Below, piece by piece: positions 60,501 to 64,000 of a DNA stretch of 64,000 bases. Positions within the stretch are counted from its first letter, which is position 1, and each line of letters begins with the position of its first letter. A program made the translations under genes and the position numbers. The DNA comes from Bispira polyomma. Lineage: Eukaryota. The stretch covers positions 81,902,001 through 81,966,000 of the forward strand of contig OZ287752.1 in the NCBI GenBank assembly GCA_965649765.1, written 5' to 3'. The notes under the pieces are model-generated. The model saw nothing but the letters and a program-made list of their open reading frames with translations, searched no databases and had not been told where the DNA came from.

Positions 60501-63500
60501 TAGGTGACCTTTGTGAGCTGCATAAAGAACAGCAGTTGAACCATTTGTGTCACATTGGTTCACATCAACACCTTGTTCTATCAACCACTTGATGGATAAA
60601 CAGTCTCCTGAACCCATTGACGCTTCCATGATGGGATTACAACCATTATTATTTACTGCCTTTATGTTTGCTCCATTTTCCTGTAACAGTTTTAAGACAT
60701 CTAGGTGACCTTTGTGAGCTGCATGAATAGTAGCAGTAGAACCATTTGTGTTACATTGGTTCACATCAACGCCTTGATCTATCAACCACTTGATAGATAA
60801 ACAGTCTCCTGAATCCATTGACACTGTCATGATGGGATTAATACCATTATTATTTACTGCCTTTATGTTTGCTCCATTTTCCTGTAACAGTTTTAAGACA
60901 TCTAGGTGATCTTTTGCAGCTGCATAAAGAACAGCAGTAGAACCATTTGTGTCACATTGGTTCACATCAACACCTTGTTCTATCAACCACTTGATGGATA
61001 AACAGTCTCCTGAACCTATTGACGCTTTCATGATGGGATTACAACCATTATTATTTACTGCCTTTATGTTTGCTCCATTTTCCTGTAATAGTTTTAAGAC
61101 ATCTAGGTGATCTTTTTCAGCTGCATAAAGAACAGCAGTAGAACCATTTGTGTCACATTGGTTCACATCAACACCTTGTTCTATCAACCACTTGATGGAT
61201 AAACAGTCTCCTGAACCCATTGACACTGCCATGATGGGATTAATACCATTATTATTTACTACCTTTATGTTTGCTCCATTTTCCTGTAATAGTTTTAAGA
61301 CATCTAGGTGACCTTCGTGAGCTGCATAAAGAACAGCAGTAGAACCATTTGTGTCACATTGGTTCACATCAACACCTTGTTCTATCAACCACTTGATGGA
61401 TAAACAGTCTCCTGAACCTATTGACGCTGTCATGATGGGATTACAACCATTATTATTTACTGCCTTTATGTTTGCTCCATTTTTCTGTAATAGTTTTAAG
61501 ACATCTAGGTGACCTTTGTGAGCTGCATGAATAGTAGCAGTAGAACCATTTGTGTCACATTGGTTCACATCAACACCTTGTTCTATCAACCACTTGATAG
61601 ATAAACAGTCTCCTGAATCCATTGACACTGTCATGATGGGATTAATACCATTATTATTTACTGCCTTTATGTTTGCTCCATTTTCCTGTAATAGTTTTAA
61701 GACATCTAGGTGACCTTTGTGAGCTGCATGAATAGTAGCAGTAGAACCATTTGTGTCACATTGGTTCACATCAACACCTTGTTCTATCAACCACTTGATG
61801 GATAAACAGTCTCCTGAACCCATTGACGCTTTCATGATGGGATTACAACTATTATTATTTACTGCCTTTATGTTTGCTCCATTTTCCTGTAATAGTTTTA
61901 AGACATCTAGGTGATCTTTTTCAGCTGCATAAAGAACAGCACTATCACCATCTGTGTCACATTGGTTCACATCAACACCTTGTTCTATCAACCACTTGAT
62001 GGATAAACAGTCTCCTGAACCCATTGACGCTTTCATGATGGGATTAATACCATTATTATTTACTGCCTTTATGTTTGCTCCATTTTCCTGTAACAGTTTT
62101 AAGACATCTAGGTGATCTTTTGCAGCTGCATAAAGAACAGCACTATCACCATCTGTGTCACATTGGTTCACATCAACACCTTGTTCTATCAACCACTTGA
62201 TAGATAAACAGTCTCCTGAATCCATTGACACTGTCATGATGGGATTAATACCATTATTATTTACTGCCTTTATGTTTGCTCCATTTTCCTGTAACAGTTT
62301 TAAGACATCTAGGTGATCTTTTTCAGCTGCATAAAGAACAGCAGTAGAACCATTTGTGTCACATTGGTTCACATCAACACCTTGTTCTATCAACCACTTG
62401 ATGGATAAACAGTCTCCTGAACCTATTGACGCTTTCATGATGGGATTACAACCATTATTATTTACTGCCTTTATGTTTGCTCCATTTTCCTGTAATAGTT
62501 TTAAGACATCTAGGTGATCTTTTTCAGCTGCATAAAGAACAGCAGTAGAACCATTTGTGTCACATTGGTTCACATCAACACCTTGTTCTATCAACCACTT
62601 GATGGATAAACAGTCTCCTGAACCTATTGACGCTGTCACGATGGGATTACAACCATTATTATCTACTGCCTTTATGTTTGCTCCATTTTTCTGTAATAGT
62701 TTTAAGACATCTAGGTGACCTTTGTGAGCTGCATGAATAGTAGCAGTAGAACCATCTGTGTCACATTGGTTCACATCAACACCTTGTTCTATCAACCACT
62801 TGATAGATAAACAGTCTCCTGAATCCATTGACACTGTCATGATGGGATTAATACCATTATTATTTACTGCCTTTATGTTTGCTCCATTTTCCTGTAATAG
62901 TTTTAAGACATCTAGGTGACCTTTGTGAGCTGCATAAAGAACAGCAGTTGAACCATCTGTGTCACATTGGTTCACATCAACACCTTGTTCTATCAACCAC
63001 TTGATGGATAAACAGTCTCCTGAACCTATTGACGCTAACATGATGGGATTATGACCATAGTTATCTACTGCCTTTATGTTTGCTCCATTTTCCTGTAACA
63101 GTTTTAAGACATCTAGGTGATCTTTTGCAGCTGCATAAAGAACAGCAGTAGAACCATTTGTGTCACATTGGTTCACATCAACACCTTGTTCTATCAACCA
63201 CTTGATGGATAAACAGTCTCCTGAACCCATTGACGCTTTCATGATGGGATTAATACCATTATTATTTACTGCCTTTATGTTTGCTCCATTTTCCTGTAAT
63301 AGTTTTAAGACATCTAGGTGACCTTTGTGAGCTGCATGAATAGTAGCAGTAGAACCATTTGTGTCACATTGGTTCACATCAACACCTTGTTCTATCAACC
63401 ACTTGATGGATAAACAGTCTCCTGAACCTATTGACGCTAACATGATGGGATTATGACCATAGTTATCTACTGCCTTTATGTTTGCTCCATTTTCCTGTAA

Positions 63501-64000
63501 CAGTTTTAAGACATCTAGGTGATCTTTTGCAGCTGCATAAAGAACAGCAGTAGAACCATTTGTGTCACATTGGTTCACATCAACACCTTGTTCTATCAAC
63601 CACTTGATAGATAAACAGTCTCCTGAACCTATTGACGCTAACATGATGGGATTATGACCATAGTTATCTACTGCCTTTATGTTTGCTCCATTTTTCTGTA
63701 ATAGTTTTAAGACATCTAGGTGACCTTTGTGAGCTGCATGAATAGTAGCAGTAGAACCATTTGTGGCACATTGGTTCACATCAACGCCTTGATCTATCAA
63801 CCACTTGATAGATAAACAGTCTCCTGAATCCATTGACACTGCCATGATGGGATTAATACCATTATTATTTACTGCCTTTATGTTTGCTCCATTTTCCTGT
63901 AACAGTTTTAAGACATCTAGGTGATCTTTTGCAGCTGCATAAAGAACAGCAGTAGAACCATTTGTGTCACATTGGTTCACATCAACACCTTGTTCTATCA
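54574..64000 (-). CDS. Roco-family protein: ankyrin array - Roc GTPase - COR - Death domain - Pro-rich tail; 5' end lies beyond the window
   Basis: Phase-consistent exons: >64000-60040 (donor CA|GTAAGT), 59515-59346, 58912-56813, 55258-54993 (or 54978), 54684-54574. Junctions downstream of COR are less certain. Confidence 0.85.
54978..55258 (-). CDS. Death-domain exon of the Roco gene
   Basis: LCELADHIGVHWKMVGRRLGLLKGQMDQIEMDNPHHSWDRIYSMLEGWLLRQ...ATLKKAL matches the death-domain pattern (W..l.r.LGl....id.I..d........ML..W). Confidence 0.88.
56813..58912 (-). CDS. Roc-COR exon of the Roco gene
   Basis: The frame is open upstream of ORF 56802-58742. P-loop GDQGIGKTS (58803-58829), DDRT (G2), FDLGGH..YYYTSQFL (Roc G3 region), VLTKAD (G4). 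COR-like LKQLHSYGMALWF, FIPWFV, VFKNGL, WPGL...CSHC. Confidence 0.88.
60040..64000 (-). CDS. Giant ankyrin-repeat exon: at least 18 near-identical 201-nt (67-aa, two-ankyrin) units plus 3 divergent ankyrins
   Basis: ORF 60036-63980 alternates a 33-aa repeat DTNGSTAVLYAAxKxHLDVLKLLQENGANIKAV and a 34-aa repeat NNNGxNPIMxxSxxSGDCLSIKWLIEQGVDVNQC. No stops or indels. It continues past the window edge. Confidence 0.96.

Overview
AT-rich eukaryotic genomic DNA, probably from an invertebrate animal (GT-AG introns, tRNA-derived SINEs, MITEs, LINE fragments, two N gaps). The species cannot be determined from the sequence. From left to right the window holds: a decayed Ty3/Gypsy pol (1-2445); a tyrosine-recombinase (YR) remnant and a nearly complete but disrupted Ngaro/DIRS-type YR retrotransposon (about 5260-9850); an atypical two-exon SLC6/NSS transporter gene (15068-18743); a convergent four-coding-exon phosphatase of the IphP/PtpB (CxxGKDRTG) type (22888-28333, minus); a second, divergent Ngaro-type element (about 34830-37440) cut off by a local segmental duplication (about 13390-26100 copied to about 37440-47890), which carries a second SLC6 gene and a phosphatase remnant; and the 3' part of a large minus-strand Roco gene (ankyrin array-Roc-COR-Death). 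Two signals stand out. (1) The Roco ankyrin exon has at least 18 near-identical 201-nt units whose amino-acid variation is concentrated at ankyrin binding-groove positions and is shuffled as mosaics, which suggests a repeat-shuffling recognition receptor. (2) Both Ngaro-type elements have phase-matched splice donor and acceptor sites that would fuse the Gag N-terminus in frame to the recombinase. All exon structures were read by eye and need RNA-seq confirmation.
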